The notes below the pieces were generated by a model, which was not told where the DNA came from, searched no databases, and saw only the letters and a program-made list of their open reading frames with translations. A stretch of 50,192 nt of DNA, from positions 1 to 50,192 of the forward strand of contig NW_021834271.1 of NCBI RefSeq assembly GCF_006345805.1. The letters are read 5' to 3'. How positions within the stretch are numbered: the stretch's first letter is position 1; each line of letters starts with the position of its first letter. This stretch comes from Octopus sinensis (Eukaryota). The position numbers and the translations under genes are program-made. Shown one piece after another: positions 11,513 through 23,828 of this stretch.

Positions 11513-12668
11513 TATATAAGAAAGAAGGTTTGAAAATGCAATTTAAACGATGTTTATTTACTTAACCGGTTTCACTCTTTGGTAAAAGATTGTCAAAAGT
11601 TACATTTAAGGAAACATTGAATAATATGGGTTCAAAAAAAGTTTTTTACATAATTGTCACATTGAGTATTATGCATTCAAAAAGGTTTTACATAATTGTC
11701 ACATTGAGTATTATGCATTCAAAAAGGTTTTTACATAATTGTCACATTGAGTATTATGCATTCAAAAAGGTTTTTACATAATTGTCACATTGGATATTAT
11801 GATTCAAAATGTTTTTTATACATAATTGTCACATTACATGTATAGATATAGTGTTTGGTAACAGAGAAGTTCAATAGTGTGATGAGAATGTTTGGGAAAA
11901 TTGGCAAAAAGGATAAAACAAAATATTATTTGGGAATTGGTTGCGTTAATTATTGGTTGTCGCAAATTGTCACATTACATGTATATATATACAATCTTCG
12001 GTATATATATACAGCCTTTTGACAGCAAAAATTAGAATGGCTTTTTATACATCTCAGAATATTTTAAGTACAAGGCGAGAATATGTTTTTCAGTAAAAAC
12101 ATATTCTCGCCTTGTACTTAAAATATTCTGAGATGTATAAAAAAGCCATTCTAATTTTTGCTGTCAAAAGGCTGTATATATATACCGAAGATTGTATATA
12201 TATACATGTAATGTGACAATTTGCGACAACCAATAATTAACGCAACCAATTCCCAATAATATATTTGTTTTATCCTTTTCTGCCAAATTTTCCCAAACAT
12301 TCTCATCACACTATTGAACTTCTCTGTTACCAAACACTATATCTATACATGTAATGTGACAATTATGTATAAAAAAACATTTTTGAATTCATAATATCCA
12401 ATGTGACAATATGTAAAAACCTTTTTGAATGCATAATACTCAATGTGACAATTATGTAAAAACCTTTTTGAATGCATAATACTCAATGTGACAATTATGT
12501 AAAAACCTTTTTGAATGCATAATACTCAATGTGACAATTATGTAAAAACTTTTTTTGAACCCATATTATTCAATGTTCCTTAAATGTAACTTTTGACAAT
12601 CTTTTACCAAAGAGTGAAACCGGTTAAGTAAATAAACATCGTTTAAATTGCATTTTCAAACCTTCTTT

Positions 12669-12676
<8 letters not shown>
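11513..12676. repeat. 1.16 kb near-perfect palindrome (arms ~580 bp, 4 nt loop CAGT at 12091-12094) with internal 42-43 bp tandem repeats
   Basis: The right arm is the reverse complement of the left apart from scattered small (mostly homopolymer) differences. The unit TTTTACATAATTGTCACATTGAGTATTATGCATTCAAAAAGG occurs ~4 times per arm. Confidence 0.95.
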
Positions 12677-12711
<35 letters not shown>

Positions 12712-12742
12712 TAAAAAATCGGAGGGGTAGAATTTATTAATT

Positions 12743-12892
12743 TTTACGTCTCCGTAACTTAGCGGTTCGGCAATAGAGCCCGATAGAATAAGTACTAGGC
12801 TTACAAAGCATAAGTCCTGGGGTCGATTTGCTCGACTAGAAAGGCAGTGCTCCAGCATGGCCACAGTCAGATGACTGAAACAAGTAAAAGAA
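12743..12892 (+). mobile_element. SINE family A, 3' half
   Basis: CGTAACTTAGCGGTTCGGC...GACTGAAACAAGTAAAAG. Confidence 0.85.
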
Positions 12893-13106
12893 TATATATA
12901 CATATGTGTGTGTTTTGTGTGTGTGTGTGTGTCTAAGCCTATATATTTCCATAAATATACCTAATTTATATATGCATGTCTACATACAGAGAGTAGTAGT
13001 AATAGTAGTAGTAGTAGTAGTAGTTGTAGTAGTAGTAGCAGCAGCAGCAGCGGTGGTGGAGACGGCGGCGGCACGAGCAGTAGTAGCAAAGGAAATATTT
13101 TCACAC

Positions 13107-13163
13107 CTTTCACAGTTTTAATTTCTTCAACAGCTGTTAAAGCGTTAAAAATACTAACAGCAA
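13107..13163 (-). other. Candidate 57 nt exon (phase 1-1)
   Basis: Acceptor ttatttcaaag|, donor AAG|gtgtga, peptide AVSIFNALTAVEEIKTVK. Confidence 0.25.
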
Positions 13164-13589
13164 CTTTGAAATAATTAATTAGTAAATTAACGTTTATAGA
13201 AATATAAAATTAATTGATTTGAATGTGATAAAACTGTTTCTCCTTCACACTGAAACTAGATAATTATGTATTTTTACATATTAATTAAGTGATTATGTAT
13301 TTTTTATATATTAATTAAGTAAGTATATGAATGATGTTGTTAGTATTTTTACCGTTCGTGTACTTGCAGAAGAATTTAAAATGAAATTATGAAACCACTG
13401 CGAAGTGTTTGCTTTTTTACTATTTTAAATATGTTGCTATGGACGTTTGCAAATATATATATATGCATAATGTATGCAAATGCATTCTATTTGCATAATG
13501 TATGCAAATGCATTCTATTTAAGATTATTGCGTTCTAATAATATATAGGAGGTTAACGTATGTTAAAAACAGAGATTTCAAACTCAGTT

Positions 13590-13813
13590 CATAGATAGAT
13601 AGATAGATCGATAGATAGATCGATAGATAGACAGATAGATAGATAGATAAATCGATCGATCGATCGATAGATAGATAGATATATAGATAGATAGATAGAT
13701 AGATAGATAGATCGATAGATAGATAGATAAATAGATAGATCGATAGATAAATCGATCGATAGATAGATAGATCGATCGATTGATTGATAGATAGATGGAT
13801 AGATAGATAGATC

Positions 13814-13848
<35 letters not shown>

Positions 13849-13912
13849 CGATAGATAGATCGATAGATAGATCGATAGATAGATGGATAGATAGATAGAT
13901 GGATAGATAGAT
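13590..13912. repeat. (GATA)n / GATC-variant array
   Basis: Direct reading. Confidence 0.97.
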
Positions 13913-14239
13913 AACTTTCTTTTATTAGCCATACAGGGCTGAATATAGAGGGGACAAATACAAATGTAGAGCTTTTCTTTTCGAGGGTGGAAAAAAGGAA
14001 AATAAATGTAAGATTTCGATCAAAAGGGATCGAGAGGAAAAAAAAACAAGAAAGGAATCGTGTATCAGAAACATTGATAAAAAACATTGATAAAACAAGA
14101 TTGGGTTCATCCGTGGGAAGAAAAACTTACAGAAAAGACCACGGGAACCTCAGTCAGGGAGGAAATAACCACATGAGAGCAAATTGTTCTCTCTCTCTCT
14201 TTTTTACGATTTACAGGGTCATGCTCAAAATGGTTTCGT
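13913..14239 (-). mobile_element. 5'-truncated Tx1-like LINE 3' UTR copy, flanked by (GATA)n on both sides
   Basis: Diverged homolog of 14305-14800 (same AATAAAGAAA end, same ...CATGCTCAAA.TGG.TTCGT near the ORF2 stop). Confidence 0.8.
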
Positions 14240-14771
14240 TAGATAGATAGATAGATCGATAGATAGATCAATAGATCGATAGATCGATAGATAGATAGAT
14301 AGATAAGTTTCTTTATTGGCCACACAGGGCTACACACAGATGGGACAAGTTACAAGGTAGAGCTTTTCTTTTGGGGGATGAAAAAAACAAAAAACAAAAG
14401 AAACAAAAAAAAGGGGGTGGCATAGGTTTTCGATCAAGAGGGATCGTAAAAGGGAAGAAAAGAACAAAAAAAATAAATAAAATAAAATAAAAAAGAAAAA
14501 CAGAAAAAGAAAAAAAAAAGAAAAGGAAAAGGAACAAAAGAAAAGAGAAATGAAAAAAGAAGAAAAAAGGGAAAAAAAGGGGAAGAGGAAAAAAACGATC
14601 AATAGGGATCGTGTATCACAGTGTTGATATATGGTGTAAAGGAGAAAGCAAGTAAGGTTTATCCGTGGGAAGAAAAGCCTACGAAAAAGACCACGGTAAC
14701 CTTGGTCAATATTGTTATATGTTACCACATTTGTTTGAAAGTGGGTAACCCTCTGTTTTCAATTTCTGGGT

Positions 14772-17048
14772 TCATAGGATTATGCTCAAAGTGGCTTCGT
14801 CATTCATACGTGCCATCCTTGCTACATTCACCCAACTTTTTTTAAAACATTCGCTAGACAAAACTTGCCTCTCTACTCTCACTTTCCTTTTCAAGTGGTA
14901 CTTGAAGAAGTTGATGAGAGATTGACCAGAGAGGAAAGTGTTTGTCTCCAATCCTTTCAGACGCGTCAACCAGATACATTCTTTCGCCATAGCCACAAGG
15001 ATGATGAAAATAGCTCTTCCTTCCCGTTTGAAGGAAGGAGGCGTGACAATATTGACGATAGACTCAGCTGATAAACCGACTCGTCCCACACGTGACAGCA
15101 GTTGTTCGACATAAGCCCACAGGTCGGAAATTGTTGGACACTGCACGAGTGCGTGCAGAACGGTTTCGTCGCTCTGACCGCATCTCGGGCAGGTCGGCCC
15201 CGTGTTTCTCGAGCCGTGTCTGTAGAGCTTATCCCGAACGGGTAGCGCTTCTCGGTAGCACTGCCAGGCCAGGGATCTCTGGAAGTTGTCCATGGGCCCT
15301 GGCCCGAAAATCGTCCGGAATAAGCGGGTCGGGTACTCCTCGTCGACGTCCAGGTTCGCCCCGAGCTCGTCGTCGTACCTCCCCTCCACTAATCCCCTAT
15401 AGAATGCTTTGGTTGTATTGAAGTCACTCAAGGTCGACCCAGGACTGCAGAGTTGCTTGAGAGCAACGCGACACTCGCGGTGCCATTTGCCCTTCCTCGG
15501 CCTCTTTTTGATCAACGACTGCAGTTCGGTCATGGAGACGAGCTGCGGGAAAGCGTGCCTCACAAACGGCGACCACACCTGTTCACCGTCGTCTACGAAG
15601 AGCCGGAGATGTCGCAGTCTCAGCGTGTGTCTGCGCATCATCAACCACGGCATGCCCAGCCCTCCTTTTAACGGGTGTTGACAGCAAATGGATCGCCTGA
15701 CCATCGGGACGCATCCTTTCCACAAGAAGCGAAAGAGAATGCGTTCTAGTTTGGTGATGGTAGGGCCGGGACAAAGTACGACGGTCAGGCGGTAGTAGAT
15801 GACGGACGCGATGTACGTGTTCGCCACCTCCGCCCGACCTTTTGGGGACAGTTTCCTCTCGGCCCATTGCCGGGCGAGAGTGACCACCCTACTCGTTATC
15901 TCGTTCCAGTTCTTCTCCACTTGGAGGTCCGGACCGAACCAGACCCCGAGCAACTCAACCGGGCCGTCGGTCCAGCGTCCCACGACGGAGGCGCTGGTGG
16001 ACGGCATGGGCTTGCTTCTCCAGGTGCCTAGTCGCAAGCCCACTGACTTTTCCCGATTGATTTTCGCTCCTGTCACCGCTTCGTAGTTTTTCAGTGTCTC
16101 GCCGACCTGCTCGATGTGCTCGTGGCTAGACACTATGACGGTGACGTCGTCCGCGTATGCAGACACGCTCGTCCCGCATCCCAGTTCTCGCGGGATGCCC
16201 CTCAAAGTTGCCAGCTTCCGCAGTAGTGGCTCGAGAGTCAATACGTATAGAAGCGCCGAGAGGGGGCATCCCTGACGGACTGAACGTGCGATGTCGAAGG
16301 GTCTCGATAGATGTCCATTCACGCGAATTACCGAACGGATGCCTCTGTACAAAGCGGCTATCCAGCCGCGGAAGACGGGACCGAAGCCAGCCGCTCTGAG
16401 GACCGCCTCCAAGTATCGATGGTCCACTCTATCGATAGCTTTCGATTGATCCAAATTGATCAGCGCCCCACCCATGCCAGGTTCGTTAACTACCCTGTCT
16501 ATGATGTAGCGCATCAGGTGGAGGTTGTCATGGATGGTCCGGCACGGCACGGCGCATGTTGGCGCCTTGTCGACCAGTTTCTCGATGACAAGCGCCAACC
16601 TCTTGGCTAGCACCTTGGCCAAAATTTTCAAGTCTGCATTAAGCAGAGTGATGGGCCTAAAGTTATCTATTACATTTTCCTTGTTTAGATATTTCTTCAG
16701 CAGTGTTACGGCTCCTCGGCTCACAAAACCGGGTATGCTCCCGTTTTGCTGCCAGTTGCAGTATACCGCTGCCAAGACGTCTCCAAACAAGTCTGGCATA
16801 CAATTGTAAAACTCGTAGGGCAGACCATCCAAACCCGGCAATTTGTCTCTCGAGCATTCTGCCATCGCGTCCTGCACTTCCGCCGCCGTGACGGCACCTT
16901 CGCAGCACCCTGCTTTTCTTGTCGTGAGTCGTGGTAGGCTATGTAGGTAGGCACTGAAGTCCACCCTACGTTCTTGCCCTCCACTCGTCCCGAACAGTCG
17001 GGCAAAATGCTGCTGAAAGGCCTCACACATTTTACTTGGCTGGAGCAA
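14772..17048 (-). CDS. Reverse transcriptase + C-terminal cysteine-rich part of Tx1-like ORF2 (758 aa open; EN domain frameshifted off)
   Basis: Motifs NFRPITLLNADLKILAK, NLDQSKAIDRV, VRQGCPLS, SAYADDVTV, LLGVWF and CPRCGQSDETVLHALVQC. Confidence 0.93.
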   Translation of the reverse strand: MLQPSKMCEAFQQHFARLFGTSGGQERRVDFSAYLHSLPRLTTRKAGCCEGAVTAAEVQDAMAECSRDKLPGLDGLPYEFYNCMPDLFGDVLAAVYCNWQQNGSIPGFVSRGAVTLLKKYLNKENVIDNFRPITLLNADLKILAKVLAKRLALVIEKLVDKAPTCAVPCRTIHDNLHLMRYIIDRVVNEPGMGGALINLDQSKAIDRVDHRYLEAVLRAAGFGPVFRGWIAALYRGIRSVIRVNGHLSRPFDIARSVRQGCPLSALLYVLTLEPLLRKLATLRGIPRELGCGTSVSAYADDVTVIVSSHEHIEQVGETLKNYEAVTGAKINREKSVGLRLGTWRSKPMPSTSASVVGRWTDGPVELLGVWFGPDLQVEKNWNEITSRVVTLARQWAERKLSPKGRAEVANTYIASVIYYRLTVVLCPGPTITKLERILFRFLWKGCVPMVRRSICCQHPLKGGLGMPWLMMRRHTLRLRHLRLFVDDGEQVWSPFVRHAFPQLVSMTELQSLIKKRPRKGKWHRECRVALKQLCSPGSTLSDFNTTKAFYRGLVEGRYDDELGANLDVDEEYPTRLFRTIFGPGPMDNFQRSLAWQCYREALPVRDKLYRHGSRNTGPTCPRCGQSDETVLHALVQCPTISDLWAYVEQLLSRVGRVGLSAESIVNIVTPPSFKREGRAIFIILVAMAKECIWLTRLKGLETNTFLSGQSLINFFKYHLKRKVRVERQVLSSECFKKSWVNVARMARMNDEATLSIIL

Positions 17049-17057
17049 TTCGCGCCC

Positions 17058-18194
17058 CTATTCATCTACCAGGGACCGAATGGTGGCTTTGTTGCCCTGT
17101 TGCGCCTCTGCCACCCGGGCCTCTCTCGCGGATCCAACACCTTCGTTCCTTAGAGCACGCATCCTAGCTCTGACAGCACATCCTTCGCGTTTGGCGTTGA
17201 AGTGTTGGTCGAAGGCCAACCTCGCCGCCAAAACGTCGGATGCGATGCCGCTTCTAATTGCCTCTTCTAGCTTCTTAACTAGCTCACCCTCTACTCTATT
17301 TCTATCTATGGCTAGTGCTTTGCTGTACCTAATCGCTTCTGCTTTTACTGCTCTCTTGAGGGCAAACCACCGTTTGTTGTTGATGATGGCTCCCGTCAAA
17401 GCCCCCTTTACTAGTGTGCTAATCCGGTCTCTGAAAACCTGTCTCGATGGGAAAGACGCGTTTAGTTTCCAGTATCCGGGACCCTGCCTAAGTGTCTTAC
17501 CTAAGTCTAGCGTACATGTCACAAGTTGTGATCCGTGTAGCTGACTATGTGGAATTGTGGACATCCTATCTATGCTGTCTACTGTCCTACGTTCCTATCA
17601 GATACGATCTCTCGACGACCCGATGCGGTTGCTCCATGTCCACGTTGGCGCATTCGGGTGGTCTAGTCGGAACCTGTCAGACAGTTGAAAGCGTCTGAGC
17701 AGGTCTCTGAGGCATTTGCATCCCCGTCTATTCCTATATCTACCACGTAGTCTACATGCGTGTCCAGGTAGCATTCCAATCCCCCACTAAGAGTAAAGGA
17801 CGAGACGTTCCCAAGAATACTCTAGACGTTGAAAGAAATCCGCCCGACCTGTTAAGGGCGGTGCGTAGACTGATACGAGTCGAAAAGCGCACCCATTGCT
17901 GCCGTCGACATCCAGAACGACCAGTCTACCCTCCGGGTCTACGAATATTGTCCTTACTTGAGATCCAGACTCTTGCGAAAAAAGTACGCGGTGCCACTAC
18001 CGCCCATTCTCGGCAGACGGGTAAAAATAAATGTTGAACTATCCGCCAACATGGTCTTTAGGCCCGCGGATTGTGGAGTCTGGTCTCACTTATGGCTATG
18101 ATTTTTGACTTATGGACTTTATGTCATTTAAGAGGTACCCTTGTTTCCAAGGGGACCCCAAGCCACGCGCATTTACACAACCAATCTTGATCAT
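17058..18194 (-). pseudogene. APE endonuclease and linker of Tx1-like ORF2, with multiple frameshifts
   Basis: Fragments IGCVNARGL, DPEGRLVVLDV, LLVGDWNA, FRLDHPNAPTWTWSN and GPGYWKLNAS lie in shifting frames. Confidence 0.85.
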
Positions 18195-19737
18195 AATCTA
18201 ATGAATTAGAATACAAGTGAAAGGAACAGAGTGTTACTTACTGCTCGAAAGTTTTTGCTTTCTCCTCCTTGGTTTGTCCTCGAGAAGATCCCACCGTTTC
18301 TTCTTTGTGAGATATTTTTGGCATTTCCAACCGCACTGGGGAAAATTCTTTGAGTGTGTGGTGCAGACTTTTGGAGATGTGTAATATTTTGATGTGGTCT
18401 GGTGGTGTTGTGTATGGGTGATTGTTTGTTTTTATGTCATCTTCTGTTATGTTTGTTTTGATTGATGTATTCCATCAAATTTGTGTTTTTGGTGTCTATA
18501 GCTGTGAGCATGTTTGCTGTATATATTTTTGTGGTGTTGGTGTGGCTGTTGTTTGCGTTGGGTTTTGAAATGTCTTCGGGAGATATATTTCCCCCTGCTT
18601 TGTTCGTGTTTGCATTTGGTTTGGTTGTGTTTCTGCTCTTTATTTTCCTTCTTTTTGTAGCTATTTGCCATTCCTCACTGGTTTCGTCTTCCGACGAAAT
18701 TTCTGAGGAATCAGTAGGGGGTAGGGGTATGTTGTAGGCTTCTATGTATGTCTGTGTAAGTGGTTATGCTGTTGTTTTCGTTGTTGTTGGTTGTTGAGTG
18801 TTTGTGTGTGTTGAGTGCGGTATAGGGATGGGGGATCAGTTTTTGTGTGTTTTCTTTGTTTTTCTGTTCCTTTGGTTCTTGCTGTGTTGTGGTGTTGGTA
18901 TTTTTTCAGGTGTGAGTGGTTTTGGGTGATGACGGATTAGCTTGGTGCGCTTCTCTTGTCGTCTTCTGTGTTGATGGTGGTGTGGGTAGTAGAGCTTTTT
19001 TTCTGGAGTGCTTTGGTTGTGGTAGTGGTTGTTGTTGTTGCTCTTTGTGCAGTGGTTGGGCACGTCTTTTTCAGGTGTGTTTCGCTTCCACACAAATAGC
19101 AGCGTGGTCGCCTGCCTCTACCACTACATAGAGTTTGTAGCCCCTGGCAGTTCTATAGTGGTGGGTATCTTCTCTCTGCTGCTTTCATCCAAATGAAGAA
19201 GGAATTCGATTGATTTTCCCACATAGTCTTTCTCTCCTAGAACAGCGATTTCAAGGATGTTTGTCTCTGACATTGTCTCTGTCATTTCAAAGCAGATGGC
19301 AGAGACTAACCATTGTGTATATAGATAGATCGATCGATCGATAGATAGATAATGAGAACAGAAACCATTTGAAATATTTTTGTGTCACTCTGTATCCATC
19401 TTATCCTTCTTCACAAATACAGACACCCTATCCAAAGATGTACGTTGTTAGAAATGAATGCAAACTTCCTGTCTTTCGTTTCGGGTTTCATGCACAGACT
19501 CATATTACACAGATGCATATGTGTTGGCCACTACAAAGCAAACACGGGAAGAATTTATGACAAATTTATACATTCAAATCGTGTGTGTGCGCGTGCGTAT
19601 TTGTGAGTGTGTGTGTGGTGTGTGTGTGTTGTGGTTTTGTCAAATTTTCCGTTATGCTTTTTTAAAAAAAATTTTCCGTAGTCTGAAAAAACTGAAAAAA
19701 GTAAACGATAAAAGATAAAAGATATATATATATATAT

Positions 19738-20146
19738 AGGTCGGAAATGGTTGGACACTGCACAATTGCGTGCTGAACGGTTTCATCGCTCTGACCGCAT
19801 CTCGGGCAGGTCGGCCCCGTGTTTCTCGAGCCGTGTCTGTAGAGCTTATTCCGAACGGGTAGCGCTTCTTAGCGGCATTGCCAGGCCAGGGATCTCTGCT
19901 GGAAGTTGTCCATAGGTCCCGGCCCAAAAATCGTCTTGAACAGGCGGGTCAGGTATTCCTCGTCGACGTCCAGGTTCGCCATGAGATCGTCGTCGCACCT
20001 TCCCTCCACTAATCCCCTATAGAATGCTTTGGTTGAGTTGAAGTCGCTCAAGGTCGACCCGGGACGGCATAGTTGCTTTAGAGCAACGCGACACTCGCGG
20101 TGCCATTCGCCCTTTCTCGGCCTCTTTTTGACCCACGACTGCAGTT
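19738..20146 (-). mobile_element. Internal ORF2 fragment of a related Tx1 copy, lacking the 3' end
   Basis: Close homolog of 15121-15526, bounded by (TA)n and (GATA)n. Confidence 0.9.
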
Positions 20147-20204
20147 TAGATAGATAGACGGATAGATAGATAGATAGACAGATAGATGCATGCATGCAGG
20201 CATA

Positions 20205-20765
20205 CATACATACATGGTGGCTGCCCCTTCGTTATCGAGTATGGCTATTGCACGAAGCTTAATCAATGTTGTTATCATGCAATGCCTGTGCAAGAAGATT
20301 TTTTTTAAAGTGAGGGAAGGCTGTGCACTGAGTCAATCCCACTCACTAAGCAACAGCAGCCATAATCCGAAAAGAAGAACAAGTCAACATCATCGGTAAC
20401 CACTGAGCCGCAGGTTTTATGTCGGAGTTATCCCAGTTACCTGAGTTAACTTCTCCTAGAAGGATGCCATAACAAAGGCTAGGAGTCCTTCACTCCCAAT
20501 GGTTTAACCGCGCGATCGGGTATTCAGTCAGATTATTTCTATGTCCCCGCGCATGATACATCCTTAAGGCATTTATTGGATGGCTGTTGACTCTCAAGAG
20601 TTCCTCCGCCCTTTGATGGGTTTTGTTTTTTATCCCGCAGGGTGTCCAATAAACACCCTCCTCACCAAGCAAGCTTGGTGGGGTTGCCGGTTTAGTCGCC
20701 GACGACCCGACCATGCAACAAGTTGTACTGGGTTACATGTTACCAGTAGCACTCAAAAGTGACCT
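20205..20765 (-). mobile_element. Probable LINE 5' region (RTE-like 5' UTR)
   Basis: GC-richer, hairpin-rich non-coding segment (CACCAAGC-TT-GCTTGGTG; AGGGTGT...ACACCCT) resembling RTE leaders. Family assignment from recall only. Confidence 0.3.
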
Positions 20766-20783
20766 TGCATACACATACATACA

Positions 20784-20817
<34 letters not shown>

Positions 20818-21525
20818 CATACATACATGCATGCATGCATGCATGCATAGATCAGACACATGAATGCATATATCAAGAGGAATTTCTATTTATGCATACT
20901 GGTATTGATGCGGCCATACCTGAACTTTGGATTTTCTAATGTCGCTTTGACCACTGTGTAGATTAAAGATGGGAGATTTTAAAGGCATAAATGAATAAAA
21001 AATAAATAAAGACACATAAAAGCTGACTGCGTCTTCTTGAAAGTCAGTTAAAGACACTTAAAGCTGAACGCAGTTTTGAGAGAGAAGCATCGATATTTTT
21101 GTTTAAAGGTCACCGAAACCTTTATTTTAATGTCTCTCTCTAAAGTAAGGGAAATTATAAAAGAACATGCAAGAGGAAAAATTAGCATTGAGCTGCAGGT
21201 GTGTGTATACATGTGTGTGTGTGTGTGTATATATATATATCTATGTATGCATGTATATACACACATATATGTAAATGTGCATATATATAAACATACACAC
21301 ACATGCATATATATATCTAATAATATATATATATTATATATATATACATATATACAGATCTCCATATATATATTTATACATACATCTATATATATAATGA
21401 TATATGTATATATATATATAATCATATATATGAACATTATTAATGCATATATATTATGGTATATACATATATATATATGATATATATATTTATATATTTA
21501 TAACTTATATATAGTATGTGTATAG

Positions 21526-21632
<107 letters not shown>

Positions 21633-22059
21633 CTACATACATTATATATATTTACATGCATACATGTAAATATATGTATGTGTACATGCCGATGTGTGTG
21701 TGGTGTGTGTGTGTGGTGTGTGTGGTGTGTGCGTGCATATAAAGAGAGGAAAAGAAATAGGAAGGAATAAGGGCCATGATGGAGAAGGATGATGCAGAAC
21801 GAATTAACCGGAAGCTATCTTTAGAACGGCAAAGAAAAAATCCCGTAAAAATTGCAGTAAATTTCGCTGTTTCTATTCATCGATAGCTATCCAATCGCTT
21901 TGATGTTGTGCGTATTGAACATAGACGAGTCAATCAGTAGGAACTGAAAGAAACGTTTAAATATTTTCACCATTTTTCTTTCTTTTTATTTATTTTATTT
22001 ATTTTTTTTTCTCACCAGAAACACAAAAGGTTTTGCAGGGTTATATTGAGGTAGATTAA

Positions 22060-22239
22060 ATGCGGCGAGCTGGAAGAATCGTTAGCACACCGGGCGAAAA
22101 ACGTAGACGTGTTTCGTCTGCCGTTACGTCCTGAGTTCAAATTCCGCCGAGGTTGACTTTGCCTTTCATCCTTTTGGGGTCGCTAAATAAAGTACCAGTT
22201 ACGCACGGGGGTCGATGTAATCGACTTAATCCGTTTGTC
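22060..22239 (+). mobile_element. SINE family B, 3'-truncated
   Basis: Family B head and central block. Confidence 0.85.
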
Positions 22240-22284
22240 CAACATACGTGGAGCCCATTTGACTAGCGTCCGTCCAGTAGCACG

Positions 22285-22318
<34 letters not shown>

Positions 22319-22599
22319 TAGATAGATAGATAGATAGATTGAAATTAAGAAACAATTCAAGCAAATCGAACTTTCGAAGTCACTATCAACGTTTGATTTG
22401 AAAGAGTTTATGTATAACTCTGTGTGTAAATACGTTTATACATATCTTATACACACATATATATATGTGAGTGTGTGTGTGTATGCGTGTGTATGTGTGT
22501 GTATGTGTATGTATAAATATATGTGTAAGTGTGAGTGTGTGTGTGTGTGTGCGTGTATTTGTGCGTGTATGCGTGTGTGTGCGAAAGTATGCGCATATA

Positions 22600-22827
22600 T
22601 ATTTCTTTACTGCCCACAAGGAGCTAAACATAGAGGGGACAAACAAGGACAGACAAAGTGATTAAGTCAATTACATCGACCCCAGTGCGAAACTGGTACT
22701 TCATTTATCGATCCCGTAAAGATGAAAGGCAAAGTCGACCTCGGCAGAATTTGAACTCAGAACGTAAAGACAGACGAAATACCGCTAAGCATTTCGCCCG
22801 GCGCGCTAACGAGACTGCCAGCGCGCC
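22600..22827 (-). mobile_element. SINE family B, full length
   Basis: Complete reverse-complement copy. Confidence 0.9.
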
Positions 22828-22914
22828 ATAGATACAAAGATATATGAGGAAAAGAAGGACAGAAATTAGAGGAGAAAATAATATTCCTAAATATTCGCAT
22901 TTCTGGACAAGGGT

Positions 22915-23140
22915 CCAAGAAACTGTGCTGGTTCTATAGAGAAAATTTGTCTCCAGTCGTCTGGACTACTGCTCTCCAACTGTGGTCACCCCACAGTGTG
23001 AAATTAATAGCGGAACTTGAGACAGTTCAGTGGTGCTACACCAAGGAAATTGCATCTATGGAACAACTGAGTTGCTGGAAGAGACTGAAAGAGATCCAGC
23101 TCCATTCCACTCGCAATGATATACGTATGGAGGATCCTGG
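22915..23140 (+). mobile_element. CR1/L2-like LINE relic (RT C-terminus)
   Basis: Peptide ...LWSPHSVKLIAELETVQWCYTKEIASMEQLSCWKRLKEIQLHS resembles the CR1/L2 pattern WSP...LE.VQ...TK.I...LSY.ERLK.L.L. Confidence 0.75.
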
Positions 23141-23164
23141 AGTATATATGAGTATATGTAATAA

Positions 23165-23780
23165 AATAATATTAGGGAGTAAATCCAAACTTACAGGGAA
23201 AAATTAGATTTAGGATTAAATCTAATTTTCCAGTATAAATATATAAGTTAAATTAGAGATAAAATCACTAGTAGGCAAATCAAACAGTGAAAAACATAAA
23301 CCAAAACATAGAAATAAAATTAATTAATATAATATACAAAATATATAAAATATAAAATTCAAAATTTAAATTACTTAAATTTAAAGTTAAAATTTTAAAA
23401 AAATTAAAAAAATTTTTTTTAATTATTAAAAAATAAAAAATAAAAAATAAAAAATATAAATATAAATAAATAAATAATTAAATAAAATAATAATAAAAAT
23501 ATATATATTTATAATTTAAGTTTAAGTTATTAATTTAAATAATTTTTTAAAAATTTTAACTTTAATTTAAATAATTTAATTGGATTTTTATATTTTATAT
23601 TTTATATTTTTTATATATTTTTCAATTAATTTTATTTCTATGTATTGACTTATGATTTTCACTGTTTGATTTGCCTAATAGTGGTTTTATCTCTAATTTA
23701 ATATAATATATATTTATACTATAAAATTAGATTTAATCCTAAATCTAATTTTTCCCTGTAAGTTTGGATTTACTCCCTAA

Positions 23781-23787
<7 letters not shown>
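23165..23787. repeat. AT-rich foldback element (623 bp)
   Basis: The outer ~60 bp AATAATATTAGGGAGTAAATCCAAACTTACAGGGAAAAATTAGATTTAGGATTAAATCTAATTTT are perfectly inverted; identity decays toward the centre. A partial solo copy lies at ~9795-9840. Confidence 0.9.
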
Positions 23788-23822
<35 letters not shown>

Positions 23823-23828
23823 TATATT

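Larger units (their letters stand above)
14305..19310 (-). mobile_element. Tx1/L1-clade LINE, ~5 kb, ORF1 (5'-truncated) + ORF2, frameshifted
   Basis: ORF1 zinc knuckle CYLCGSETHLKKTC at 19060-19101. The ORF2 APE domain starts MIKIGCVNARGL at 18194 (ISETRL, VSVYAP, LVGDWNA), followed by RT. The 3' UTR ends AATAAAGAAAC into (TATC)n. Confidence 0.93.

Noticed and set aside
14772-18194. Tx1 element as an intact autonomous copy
   Set aside because: The endonuclease region and ORF1 have several frameshifts or stops and ORF1 is 5'-truncated. Some indels could be assembly errors.
20560-20765. HDV-like ribozyme in the putative RTE leader
   Set aside because: Hairpins are present but I could not build the nested double-pseudoknot.
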